The position numbers and the translations under genes are program-made. Below, one piece after another: positions 50,570-59,189 of a DNA stretch of 64,000 nucleotides. Source of the stretch: Bacteroidota bacterium (GTDB lineage: Bacteria > Bacteroidota > Bacteroidia > NS11-12g > UBA955); assembly GCA_947451105.1 (NCBI GenBank), contig CANFXY010000001.1:280-64279 (forward strand). Direction: 5' to 3'. The notes under the pieces were generated by a model. It saw only the letters and a list, made by a program, of their open reading frames with translations. It did not search any database and was not told where the DNA came from. How positions within the stretch are numbered: the first letter of the stretch is position 1; the number at the start of each line of letters is the position of its first letter.

Positions 50570-51982
50570 ATGAATATAACATTTTGGGGAGCCGCAAGAC
50601 AAGTAACGGGCAGCATGCATTTGCTGACTCTAAATTCAGGATATAATATTTTAGTTGATTGTGGACTTGATTATGAAAATCGAGATGACTTTGATGCAAA
50701 CAATAGAAATTTCCCTTTTTTACCCGAGGAAATCGACTTGGTCATCTTAACACATTCGCATATTGACCATTCTGGAAATCTACCCAACTTGGTCCGTCAA
50801 GGATACAAAGGACAAATTTTATGCTCTGAAGCCAGTGTTGAACTAACACAAAATTTATTGCTTGATTCTTTAAATGTTCAACAAATACAAGGGCAGAAAA
50901 AGCATAAGAACAAAAAGAATTCTAAAAGACCCATCAGACAAAGCAAGGCTGAACAAGTTGCAACCTTATACAATAGAATTCATATAACGCAAACCCATGA
51001 TGCGATGGTGGGTATTGATTTTTATAAGCCTTTTAAAGTAAATGATGAATTAACCATTGAGTTGTTTGAGGCAGGACATATTTTGGGTGCGGCTTCTGTT
51101 AAAGTTTCTGTTAATGAAAATGGCAACACGAAAGTAATTGGTTTTACTGGCGACTTGGGTAACTACAATTCGAAATTGGTAAAAGATCCAGTTCCAATGC
51201 CTGGCCTTGATTATTTGGTGAGCGAAAGTACATACGGCGCTAGAATGCACAGCCATTCTGGGGATGCCAGCGATGTTTTGTTGGAATACGTCAACAACAC
51301 GTGTATCAAATACAAAGGTAAATTGGTCATTCCGGCTTTCAGTGTTGGAAGAACACAGTCTATACTTTTTGCATTTAATGAATTGTACGTGAAAGGTCTA
51401 CTGCCCAATGTGAAAATTTTCACCGACAGTCCCTTGGCCATTAAAACCACGAGAATGTATGCGTCGCATATTTCTGGATTAAATGAAGAAGCCAAAGAGT
51501 TTTACAAAACACATGGTAACCTTTTTTCTTTCCCTGAATTGTATACCATAGAAAACAACAACGACAGCAAAATGATTTCAATGATGCCAGAACCAGCAGT
51601 TATTATTTCTGCTGCAGGTATGGTTGAAGGTGGACGAATTCAAGAACACGTTAGGAATAATATTGGTGATGCCTACAGCACCATATTAATTGCTGGGTAT
51701 TGTGCAGAGGGAACTTTGGGCGCAGAATTGTTAAAGGGTAGGCCAACAGTAACGATTAGTAAACGCGTAAGGCAAGTTTATGCAAAAGTGGCTAGAACCG
51801 ATGTTTTTAGCGCCCATCCGGACCGTGAAGGTTTGTTAAAGTACTATGCCGATTCTAATGTCGATCAATTGAAAAAACTATTTTTAGTGCATGGTGATTT
51901 GGAAAGTATGGAAGGTCTCAAAGCCTACATTAAAAGCAATAATGTTGAAATGCCAATTCAAGGCCAGACATTTGAGCTTTAA
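50570..51982 (+). CDS. MBL-fold metallo-hydrolase with beta-CASP / RNA-specificity domain (CPSF73/RNase J-like nuclease)
   Basis: HSHIDHSG motif 2, 470 aa, beta-CASP region (GDLGN, ESTYG), C-terminal HGD. Confidence 0.8.
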   Translation: MNITFWGAARQVTGSMHLLTLNSGYNILVDCGLDYENRDDFDANNRNFPFLPEEIDLVILTHSHIDHSGNLPNLVRQGYKGQILCSEASVELTQNLLLDSLNVQQIQGQKKHKNKKNSKRPIRQSKAEQVATLYNRIHITQTHDAMVGIDFYKPFKVNDELTIELFEAGHILGAASVKVSVNENGNTKVIGFTGDLGNYNSKLVKDPVPMPGLDYLVSESTYGARMHSHSGDASDVLLEYVNNTCIKYKGKLVIPAFSVGRTQSILFAFNELYVKGLLPNVKIFTDSPLAIKTTRMYASHISGLNEEAKEFYKTHGNLFSFPELYTIENNNDSKMISMMPEPAVIISAAGMVEGGRIQEHVRNNIGDAYSTILIAGYCAEGTLGAELLKGRPTVTISKRVRQVYAKVARTDVFSAHPDREGLLKYYADSNVDQLKKLFLVHGDLESMEGLKAYIKSNNVEMPIQGQTFEL

Positions 51983-52009
51983 TTGCTAAAACGTATTAAT
52001 TCTAAGGCA

Positions 52010-52351
52010 TTAGATTAATCCTTTCATTAGCTCTTTTTCTGGATCCCAAAAAAGGTTCTTAAAATCTACAACTTGATCGTTTTCAATTCTAATCCCCTCT
52101 TTCTCTAAGGATTCTTGCATGGAATTGCCTCCAAAATGCATTTTACCAGTTAACAATCCATTTCTATTAAGTACCCTATGGGCAGGGATTTTTTCTTCTA
52201 GTCCATGTGAAGCATTCATCGCCCAACCAACCATGCGGCTCGATGACTTAGCGCCAAGATAGGCTGCAATTGCTCCATAGCTTGTGACGCGGCCATGAGG
52301 AATGAGTTTTACCACCTCAAAAACACTGTTGAAAAAGTTTTGTTTTGTCAT
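52010..52351 (-). CDS. Alkyltransferase-like protein (ATL; MGMT DNA-binding domain with Cys replaced by Ala)
   Basis: 113 aa. HTH and Asn hinge of the MGMT C-domain (PHGRVTSYGAIAAYLG). Active-site motif reads PAHRV instead of PCHRV. Confidence 0.75.
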   Translation of the reverse strand: MTKQNFFNSVFEVVKLIPHGRVTSYGAIAAYLGAKSSSRMVGWAMNASHGLEEKIPAHRVLNRNGLLTGKMHFGGNSMQESLEKEGIRIENDQVVDFKNLFWDPEKELMKGLI

Positions 52352-52414
52352 ATTTATGTCAGCAAACTATTTTGGCAAAATTATTGTCTATAGTCTAAAT
52401 AAAGAATAATAAAT

Positions 52415-54097
52415 TTGCAATTGTACAAAATGAATAAATCGAAATTTTTATCACGTCTACTGATTCTTGCACTTGGTATTGGGATTTTAACCCAAGTAGC
52501 GGCACAAAAACCAGGAAAGAAAGCAGAACAGAAGCCTGCACAGAAAACAGAGCAAAAGCAAGCTGAAACGACTTCAACTAAAAAAGAAACAACACCTGCA
52601 ACCACGCCAGCGGTCAATAAATTTGATGCCTCTCAAGTTGGCAGAGACAAGGGAAGTTATGCCATTAAAGTAAAATTAAAAGGCTTTAGAAATGTTCCAA
52701 TTTATTTGGCCGATAATTTTGGTGATAAGCAATACCTTAGGGATACCTGTATGCTTGATGGCAATGGTGTAGGTACATTCGAAGGTAATCCAAAGCTTCA
52801 AAGGGGTATGTACATGATTGTATTTCCTCAAATGCAGGCTTTTTATGAATTGCCAATCACTGCCGATCAAGAATTTTATTTTGAAGCGGATACCAACGTG
52901 GATGAGACAACAGTGAAAGTTGTAGGTTCAGTTGAAAATGAAGCTTTTGTTGAGTACCAGCGAGTGAGAGCCATCAATGGCAAAACCCGTTATTACCTCG
53001 ACCAAGACATGAAAAATGCCAAAACGGCAAACAATGACAGTTTGTATAAAAGCTTCAAAACCCAAAGGGATTCTTTAGATGCTCAAGACATTCGTTTTAG
53101 AGAAAATTATGTTTCAAAAAACTCAACCCATTTTGTGACTAAATTATTTAAGGCATTTCAATCGATAAGAATTCCTCAAAATCCGAATCCTTTGGATTCA
53201 ATGTATGATTACCGCTATTTCCGCGACCACTATTGGGACAATGTTGATTTTAACGAATCAGGTTTAATAAGAGCTCCCCAAGGTTTATTGGCTGCCAAAT
53301 TAAACGAATACATAGACAAAGTATCTTTTCAAGATCCAGACAGTTTGGTCAATGCCGTTGACATTGCTATTGGTAAAACTGTCCCATACACAGAAACTCA
53401 AAAATATTTTGTTCAGTATTTAACCAATAAGTTTCAAGATAGAAAAATTATGTGTCAAGACAATGTAACCATTCACTTGATTAACAAATACTATTGTCAA
53501 AATGAAGCTTGGTGGTACGATGACACCGCTGGCAAAAGAAAAATGTGCGAGGAAGCTAGGAAAGCGGTTCCAACTTTATGTGGAAAAGCAGCACCTGATT
53601 TGAATATGGCTGATACCGCGGGTAAAATGCACCGTTTGTATGAAAGTTTAGGACGTTACACCATTCTCTTTTTCTACGACCCAACTTGCGGACACTGTAA
53701 AGAAGTTATTCCAGTGGTGAACCGAGTTTTCTTAGAGCACAAAAAGAATGGCATTAAAGTGTACGCGGTTTCAACAGAAAACCAATACGATGAATGGCGT
53801 AAAATGATGCGCAGCAGACCGGAGTTGCAAGGATGGATAAATGTTTGCAGAGTTGACCGCTATGCACCTTGGCCTTATTACAAACAAGACTACAACATTG
53901 TTGCTAACCCGACGATTTTTATCTTGGATGAGAATGGTAGAATTATTGGAAAGAAAATACACGAAGACCAATTGGAGTTCTTCATTGAGTCTTTGTTGTA
54001 TGAAAAAGGAATCATAAGCACAAAACCAACACCTCCAGTTGAGAAGAAAGAAGATAAAGCAGAAGGATCTGCAAGTGAAGTACCAAGTACTTATTAA
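52415..54097 (+). CDS. Secreted TlpA-like thioredoxin-fold protein (CGHC active site) with DUF4369-like N-domain and low-complexity K/Q/E/T linker
   Basis: Signal peptide (alternative start M at 52430). K/Q/E/T-rich low-complexity linker after the signal peptide (KPGKKAEQKPAQKTEQKQAE-TTSTKKETTPATTP). C-terminal FFYDPTCGHCKEVIP thioredoxin motif. 560 aa. Confidence 0.75.
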   Translation: MQLYKMNKSKFLSRLLILALGIGILTQVAAQKPGKKAEQKPAQKTEQKQAETTSTKKETTPATTPAVNKFDASQVGRDKGSYAIKVKLKGFRNVPIYLADNFGDKQYLRDTCMLDGNGVGTFEGNPKLQRGMYMIVFPQMQAFYELPITADQEFYFEADTNVDETTVKVVGSVENEAFVEYQRVRAINGKTRYYLDQDMKNAKTANNDSLYKSFKTQRDSLDAQDIRFRENYVSKNSTHFVTKLFKAFQSIRIPQNPNPLDSMYDYRYFRDHYWDNVDFNESGLIRAPQGLLAAKLNEYIDKVSFQDPDSLVNAVDIAIGKTVPYTETQKYFVQYLTNKFQDRKIMCQDNVTIHLINKYYCQNEAWWYDDTAGKRKMCEEARKAVPTLCGKAAPDLNMADTAGKMHRLYESLGRYTILFFYDPTCGHCKEVIPVVNRVFLEHKKNGIKVYAVSTENQYDEWRKMMRSRPELQGWINVCRVDRYAPWPYYKQDYNIVANPTIFILDENGRIIGKKIHEDQLEFFIESLLYEKGIISTKPTPPVEKKEDKAEGSASEVPSTY

Positions 54098-54116
54098 CAG
54101 TTAAAATTGTATTGAA

Positions 54117-54148
54117 GGCCGCACTTGTTTAAGTTGCGGCCTTTTTTA
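54117..54148. terminator. Bidirectional terminator between convergent genes (GGCCGCA...TGCGGCC + T-tract)
   Basis: GC-rich ~10-bp stem with one bulge, followed by TTTTTTATTT. The stop of the minus-strand gene (54146) overlaps the T-tract. Confidence 0.75.
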
Positions 54149-54793
54149 TTTCTTTTTTATAACGGCTTTGCCGCGGTCGTATATTTCACCGTAGCGAAAA
54201 GACAACCCAAAGGTGTAATAAGATCCAGTAAAACCTTTGGATACCAATGATACCCTTGTGCCCATCCCTGCGCCAAGCCATACCCACCAAGTAAGTTTGT
54301 AATTGGCGAAAAATCCAAGCTCCGCAGGCATAACAAACAAGGATTTTTTACTGATGTCTTGTGCACTGTTTCTTTGTTTGATGCTACCGCCTCCAATTCC
54401 AAGGGCAAATGGAATTGAAAAACGCCATTTTTTTGAATTGTGGAAGTAGTATTCACAACCAAAATTAATATATGTTAGCTTATAGGCTTCCCATACTGTA
54501 TTTGAATCCGTTTTTTTAGGACCAGCACTTGGGTTGCTTATAATATTTTCTTTGTTGTATGACTTGTAAAACCCTAAAAACAAATTTGTTCTCTTGTTGT
54601 ACAAATAACCAGCCTGTAAGCCAAACAATTTAATCGGCACATCTCTTACTATGCTGTTTTTGCCATCTAAACCAATAAAAGCACTTTTTTCGCCTTTTAA
54701 ATCCGAACGAATATTGCTGTACATGTTTTTCATCTGGGCATTGCACAGGGTATGCGAAATCAAAAAGATAAATAAAAAGAATAACCTTGTCAT
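54146..54793 (-). CDS. Hypothetical secreted / outer-membrane protein
   Basis: Start moved to MTRLFFLFIFLISHTLCNAQ (signal peptide), removing the overlap with the pnuC start. Aromatic-rich alternating strands near the C-terminus. Confidence 0.5.
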   Translation of the reverse strand: MTRLFFLFIFLISHTLCNAQMKNMYSNIRSDLKGEKSAFIGLDGKNSIVRDVPIKLFGLQAGYLYNKRTNLFLGFYKSYNKENIISNPSAGPKKTDSNTVWEAYKLTYINFGCEYYFHNSKKWRFSIPFALGIGGGSIKQRNSAQDISKKSLFVMPAELGFFANYKLTWWVWLGAGMGTRVSLVSKGFTGSYYTFGLSFRYGEIYDRGKAVIKKK

Positions 54794-54837
54794 CGCCGCA
54801 AAAATAATCTTAAATTTTTCGAACAAGACATGCATCT

Positions 54838-55416
54838 TTGCCACAGATGTTGCATTTATTGGAAATAGCCTCTGTATTAACCTTGTTTGTCTATATGTAT
54901 TATGCCTATAAACAAAGTTCAGTTGCGTGGCTATTTGGTATTGCGGGTTCCTTTTTAAGTGTGGTTTTGTTTTTTAACAAAGGTTTTTACGGCAGTATGG
55001 TACTCAATTTAATCTATGTATTGCAAGGTTTTATGGGGTATTTTGAATGGAAGTGGAAGTCACCCAACTTAGTTCCTTCCTTCAAATTAAAGTTAAACCA
55101 CCACATCCTTGTTTTAATTGTATCCATTTTACTAACCTTCGGTTTTATTCGATGGTTTGCCTTTTTTAACTTCACTGAATTTAGTTATGTAGATGTTTTC
55201 TTAGCTTTGTTGAGTGTTGTAGCGACTTATTTAGAAATCAAAAAGGAAATATCCTGCTGGTGGTACTGGATTTTTTGCAATCTTTCTTTTGCAATTTTGT
55301 ACTTGAATTTAACCAAGAATGAGCCACCAATGTATTTTTACTCCAGCTTGATGTTGGCATTGGCTATTTTCTCTTGGTATGCCAAGAAAGAGTGGTCTAC
55401 TCGCTTAAAAATTTAG
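54838..55416 (+). CDS. pnuC: Nicotinamide riboside transporter PnuC
   Basis: 192 aa, 7-8 TM helices. N-terminal EIASVLTLFVYMYYAYKQS...WLFGIAGSF and GYFEWKWK resemble PnuC. Confidence 0.6.
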   Translation: MPQMLHLLEIASVLTLFVYMYYAYKQSSVAWLFGIAGSFLSVVLFFNKGFYGSMVLNLIYVLQGFMGYFEWKWKSPNLVPSFKLKLNHHILVLIVSILLTFGFIRWFAFFNFTEFSYVDVFLALLSVVATYLEIKKEISCWWYWIFCNLSFAILYLNLTKNEPPMYFYSSLMLALAIFSWYAKKEWSTRLKI

Positions 55417-56025
55417 TATTAGTTTTATCCCAACACCAAAGAATACTAGGCCTGAGACCTGATTGATTCTTTGCACCACTTTGTCGGTCATCCATTTCTT
55501 TAGCAAGGATGCAAAATAAGCAATGGCAATTTCAACTACAAAAATACTGAACAAGCAGGCACTGAAATAAATTACCTGGTCGTTGATCTGATAATCTAGT
55601 TTGACCTTTAGCAAGGAGCTAATGGCTAACCAACTGAAAAAATTAACAGGATTTACAACATTTAACAAAAAACCATTGCCAATAAAATACAATGCGCTTT
55701 TGCTTGACGATGTGAAAATTTTACCCTCATCTGGCTTTGGTTTGGCCTTTAAAAACATGCTAATGCCCATTATGAGTAAGACCAAGCCGCCCAAAAAGGA
55801 AATCGTGTTTTGATTGTTCTTTAAGAATTCGGCAAATTCAGTACTTAAAATAGCAAGCGCAATAAAAATAATATCACATAGAATTACTCCACTCGCGATA
55901 TAAATGCCGGTTTTGTAGCCTGAATTTACACTGTTTTTAATTAATGAAAAAAACACAGTGCCAAGCATGAGGCTAAGTATAACACCAGTTAAGAGGCCTT
56001 GAAGTATGCAATTTAACAAATGCAT
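55405..56025 (-). CDS. LysE/RhtB-family amino-acid exporter
   Basis: 206 aa, 6 TM helices, LysE-type N-terminus (ILQGLLTGVILSLMLGTVFF). Confidence 0.7.
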   Translation of the reverse strand: MHLLNCILQGLLTGVILSLMLGTVFFSLIKNSVNSGYKTGIYIASGVILCDIIFIALAILSTEFAEFLKNNQNTISFLGGLVLLIMGISMFLKAKPKPDEGKIFTSSSKSALYFIGNGFLLNVVNPVNFFSWLAISSLLKVKLDYQINDQVIYFSACLFSIFVVEIAIAYFASLLKKWMTDKVVQRINQVSGLVFFGVGIKLILNF

Positions 56026-56109
56026 TTGGATGAAATTTTAATGGTTAAAAATAAAATAAAATTAAAATAATAATAAGGATTGCAAATTATAACTTTGCAG
56101 TGGATTTAT

Positions 56110-56487
56110 ATGAGTACAAGGACAGAAAAATTCAATAAAGAAATGCAAAGGGAACTGGGTGTTATCTTTCAAAGTAAAACACACGATTGGTTCGAAGGGG
56201 CGTTTATAACTGTTACGGAAGTAAGTTCTAGTCCTGATTTAAGTTATGTTAAAGCCTACCTCAGCATTTACAATGTTAAAAGCAAACAGAATGCTATGGA
56301 ATTGGTTAATTTGTATAACAAGCAAATAAGAAAAATATTGGCTGGCAAAATTAAAAACTCAGTTAGAATCATACCTGAATTGCATTTCTTGGAAGACAAT
56401 AGTTTAGAAAATGCACTTAAGTTTGATAAACTATTTGACCAATTAAGGGACGAAAGATCCGGTAGAGAAGAAGAAAATAAGGATTAA
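56110..56487 (+). CDS. rbfA: 30S ribosome-binding factor RbfA
   Basis: Start set at MSTRTEKFNKEMQRELGVIF (the table ORF starts 10 codons earlier). KH-like RbfA fold pattern. ~125 aa. Confidence 0.85.
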   Translation: MSTRTEKFNKEMQRELGVIFQSKTHDWFEGAFITVTEVSSSPDLSYVKAYLSIYNVKSKQNAMELVNLYNKQIRKILAGKIKNSVRIIPELHFLEDNSLENALKFDKLFDQLRDERSGREEENKD

Positions 56488-56494
56488 TCTAGAA

Positions 56495-57301
56495 ATGCCA
56501 GTAAGCAGTAGATCTGAGTTGTTTACAGATGTGTTGGATAAACACAGCAATGCAAGAAAATTATATATATACTTAACCCACTCTTTGTTGTTGAAAAACA
56601 ACATTATCAGAAGGGAAATTAAATTGTGTGGACGAAGGAAAAATAAAGTTCAGCATGTTTTATACCCTGGTTTTGGAATGGGGCAGTTGTTAGGTCTATT
56701 CTCTAACTACAAGAAAAAGTACAATATTTTGGGGATCGACAAGAACCAAAAAATGGTTACCCAATCTACGGCCTATTTTAAACACGAAAACATTCATAAC
56801 ATATACTGCAGAACTGAGGATGTTTTAAATTTTGATCAACATAGTTCATTTGATTTATGCCTCTCAATTAATTTGTTAAATTATATTGAAGACGATAGAA
56901 AGGCTCTAACCAATATGTTTAATGCTTTGAAGAAACCGGGCATGCTTTTGATTTTCAATTCGAGCAATTATGCCGATGATAAAGCAAGTAAACTTAATGT
57001 TGGTGTATACACCGACGAAAAAGTTCGCAATGGCTACGGCATTATAGAACTCAAACAAATGTTAAAGGAAATTGGGTTTTCTAAAGTTAAAGCAAGATAC
57101 GCCTATGGTACTCCAGGAATACTAAGTTGGAAATTAACCACCGCTTTGCCAACTAAAATGATTAAAACGTCTCAATTGTTTTTTGCCATCTTGCCGTTTT
57201 ATACCTTGTTGTGTATTCCCTTGGTTATTTTATTTAATTTTCTAGACATCAATATGAAGCACAATAAAGGCAAATGTATTGTTGTTAGAGCATTTAAATA
57301 A
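56495..57301 (+). CDS. Class I SAM-dependent methyltransferase with C-terminal transmembrane anchor
   Basis: Motif I VLYPGFGMGQL, motif II FDLCLSINLLNY, motif III KPGMLLIF. Hydrophobic C-terminus LFFAILPFYTLLCIPLVILFNFL. Confidence 0.6.
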   Translation: MPVSSRSELFTDVLDKHSNARKLYIYLTHSLLLKNNIIRREIKLCGRRKNKVQHVLYPGFGMGQLLGLFSNYKKKYNILGIDKNQKMVTQSTAYFKHENIHNIYCRTEDVLNFDQHSSFDLCLSINLLNYIEDDRKALTNMFNALKKPGMLLIFNSSNYADDKASKLNVGVYTDEKVRNGYGIIELKQMLKEIGFSKVKARYAYGTPGILSWKLTTALPTKMIKTSQLFFAILPFYTLLCIPLVILFNFLDINMKHNKGKCIVVRAFK

Positions 57302-58494
57302 TGAGAACGTCATTGTTTATAGCTGGTCGGTACCTCTTTTCAAAAAAGAAAAGAAATGCGATCAATATAATTTCAAGTATTGCGGTTTTGGCATTTGCCG
57401 TCTGCACCGCTGCTTTAATTGTAATTTTGAGTACAATGAACGGATTTGAATCATTGATTTTTTCAATGTACAATAAGTTTAATCCCGAAATTAAAATTAC
57501 GGTAAACGAGGGAAAAGTCTTTGAGCAAGAAAAAACCATTTTAAAGTTAAAAGCCATTAAAGGCATTAAGAACATCATGGCCGTTATGGAAGACAATGCG
57601 GCAATAAGGAATGGAGACTACCAAACTGTTTGCACCGTAAAGGGTGTTGATTCAACTTATTTTATCAAAAATGGATTAAATTCTATGGTGGTGGAAGGAG
57701 AGGGCATCGTCAAGCAAAATGGCTTTAATTTTATGGTTTTGGGTTCGGGTATCGATCAAAAGATTAATTGCAATATTGGAGGACCTTTTAGTTTGGTTTC
57801 TCTGATAACACCGCGCAGAGGAGATTTTAACGTCAATGACATTGAGGCCATTAAGTCAATGGAGATAGAACCCGCTGGTGTTTTAACACTCGACGAAACC
57901 ATTAGCAACCGCTACGTTTTTGTTCCAATTGAATTCGCTCAAGAACTTTTCGAAAGAGAACACCAAGTCTCTTCACTCGAAATTTCTTTGCATAAAAACG
58001 CCAATGTAGAATTGCTTATTAATGAAGTAAAAAAGGTTTTAGGAAATTCTTTTAAAGTTCAGAATAGACTGCAACAACAGGCTTCTCTCTATAAAATGTT
58101 CAAAAGTGAAAAATGGGCCAGCTATGCCATTTTAACTTTCATACTCCTAATCGCTGCATTTAATGCCTTAGGCAGCTTAACCATGTTGGTTATCGAAAAG
58201 AAGGATGACATCAGAACCTTAATGGGCATGGGGGCAAGACCGTCGCTCATACGTAATGTTTTTTTTAGCAATGGCTTTTTAATCTCTGCTATTGGAACTT
58301 TCTTTGGTCTTGTTTTTGGAATTGCCCTTGTAGTGGTTCAAGAAAAATATGGTTTGGTTAAAATGCAAGGTGCGATTGTTGAGAATTACCCGGTTAAGTT
58401 GCTGCTAAATGATGTTTTATTGGTGCTTGGTACAGCTTTGGGATTAGGTGTCTTAACCGGCATTTATCCCGCGGTAAAAGCCATGAAATCATAA
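57301..58494 (+). CDS. FtsX-like ABC transporter permease (LolC/E-type)
   Basis: N-terminal TM (IISSIAVLAFAVCTAALIV), large periplasmic loop, C-terminal FtsX domain with 3 TM helices. Stop/start overlap with the upstream gene. Confidence 0.8.
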   Translation: MRTSLFIAGRYLFSKKKRNAINIISSIAVLAFAVCTAALIVILSTMNGFESLIFSMYNKFNPEIKITVNEGKVFEQEKTILKLKAIKGIKNIMAVMEDNAAIRNGDYQTVCTVKGVDSTYFIKNGLNSMVVEGEGIVKQNGFNFMVLGSGIDQKINCNIGGPFSLVSLITPRRGDFNVNDIEAIKSMEIEPAGVLTLDETISNRYVFVPIEFAQELFEREHQVSSLEISLHKNANVELLINEVKKVLGNSFKVQNRLQQQASLYKMFKSEKWASYAILTFILLIAAFNALGSLTMLVIEKKDDIRTLMGMGARPSLIRNVFFSNGFLISAIGTFFGLVFGIALVVVQEKYGLVKMQGAIVENYPVKLLLNDVLLVLGTALGLGVLTGIYPAVKAMKS

Positions 58495-58504
58495 GTTGTC
58501 TAAA

Positions 58505-58535
58505 TAAAAAAAGCCCCTTTTGGAGGGGCTTTGTA
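58505..58535. terminator. Bidirectional terminator (AAAGCCCC-TTTTGGA-GGGGCTTT) between convergent genes
   Basis: 8-bp perfect stem flanked by A-run and T-run. Confidence 0.85.
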
Positions 58536-58551
58536 TTGAAAAGTGATTTAC

Positions 58552-59187
58552 TTAATATTTAGGAACGTAGTTGTATTCTGACTTAATCTCAGCCAATGTT
58601 TTTTGTATAACTCTAACTTGCATCTTTTGATCTACAAACGGTCGGTCTTTTGAACTTCTTGCTTGCTTTACGATGCTGTCCGCATAGTCAATGCCTTTCA
58701 TTACATATCCAAAAACGGTATACTGATTGTCCAAACCCTTAGTCCCAGCTGTGCTTACACTAATGTAAAACTGAGAACCGCTAGACGCTCGGGTAGGATT
58801 AACAGCATCACCCATTCTTGCTGCAGCCAAAACACCTCTTTCGTGTTTTATACTGTCTCTGATTTCTGCAGGGATGGTATATCCTGGTCCGCCAGACCCG
58901 TCATTGTTAATGTCTGCATCTTTGCTGTTTGGATCGCCACCTTGGATCATGAAATTAGGAATAACTCTGTGAAATGTGGTGTTGTTGAAAAAACCATCTT
59001 TACTTAGTTTCAAGAAATTCTCCCTGTGCAATGGGGTTGCTTTGTATAACCAAATATACATATTGCCAAAAGGCGTTGTCATTTCAACCACATCTTCTGT
59101 TGGTATAATAGGTGCCTCTTCTTTTTTTGCTTTACAGGCGCTAAATACGATAGATGCGGCTATTAAAGAATAAAACAAATGCTTCAT
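58552..59187 (-). CDS. Cyclophilin-type peptidyl-prolyl cis-trans isomerase, lipoprotein
   Basis: FHRVIPNFMIQGGDP, GSQFYI motifs. Lipobox-like signal (SIVFSAC). Confidence 0.9.
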   Translation of the reverse strand: MKHLFYSLIAASIVFSACKAKKEEAPIIPTEDVVEMTTPFGNMYIWLYKATPLHRENFLKLSKDGFFNNTTFHRVIPNFMIQGGDPNSKDADINNDGSGGPGYTIPAEIRDSIKHERGVLAAARMGDAVNPTRASSGSQFYISVSTAGTKGLDNQYTVFGYVMKGIDYADSIVKQARSSKDRPFVDQKMQVRVIQKTLAEIKSEYNYVPKY

Positions 59188-59189
59188 AA

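Noticed and set aside
52381-52617. 78-aa and 60-aa minus-strand Cys/Phe-rich ORFs upstream of the TlpA-like gene
   Set aside because: They overlap the TlpA-like gene's 5' region antisense. Their low-complexity hydrophobic translation comes from the reverse complement of the K/Q/E codon-rich stretch.
54838-54844. 7-nt overlap of the divergent starts of the 54146..54844 ORF and pnuC
   Set aside because: Resolved by choosing the internal Met that yields a signal peptide for the minus-strand protein (start 54793). This leaves a 44-nt divergent promoter spacer.
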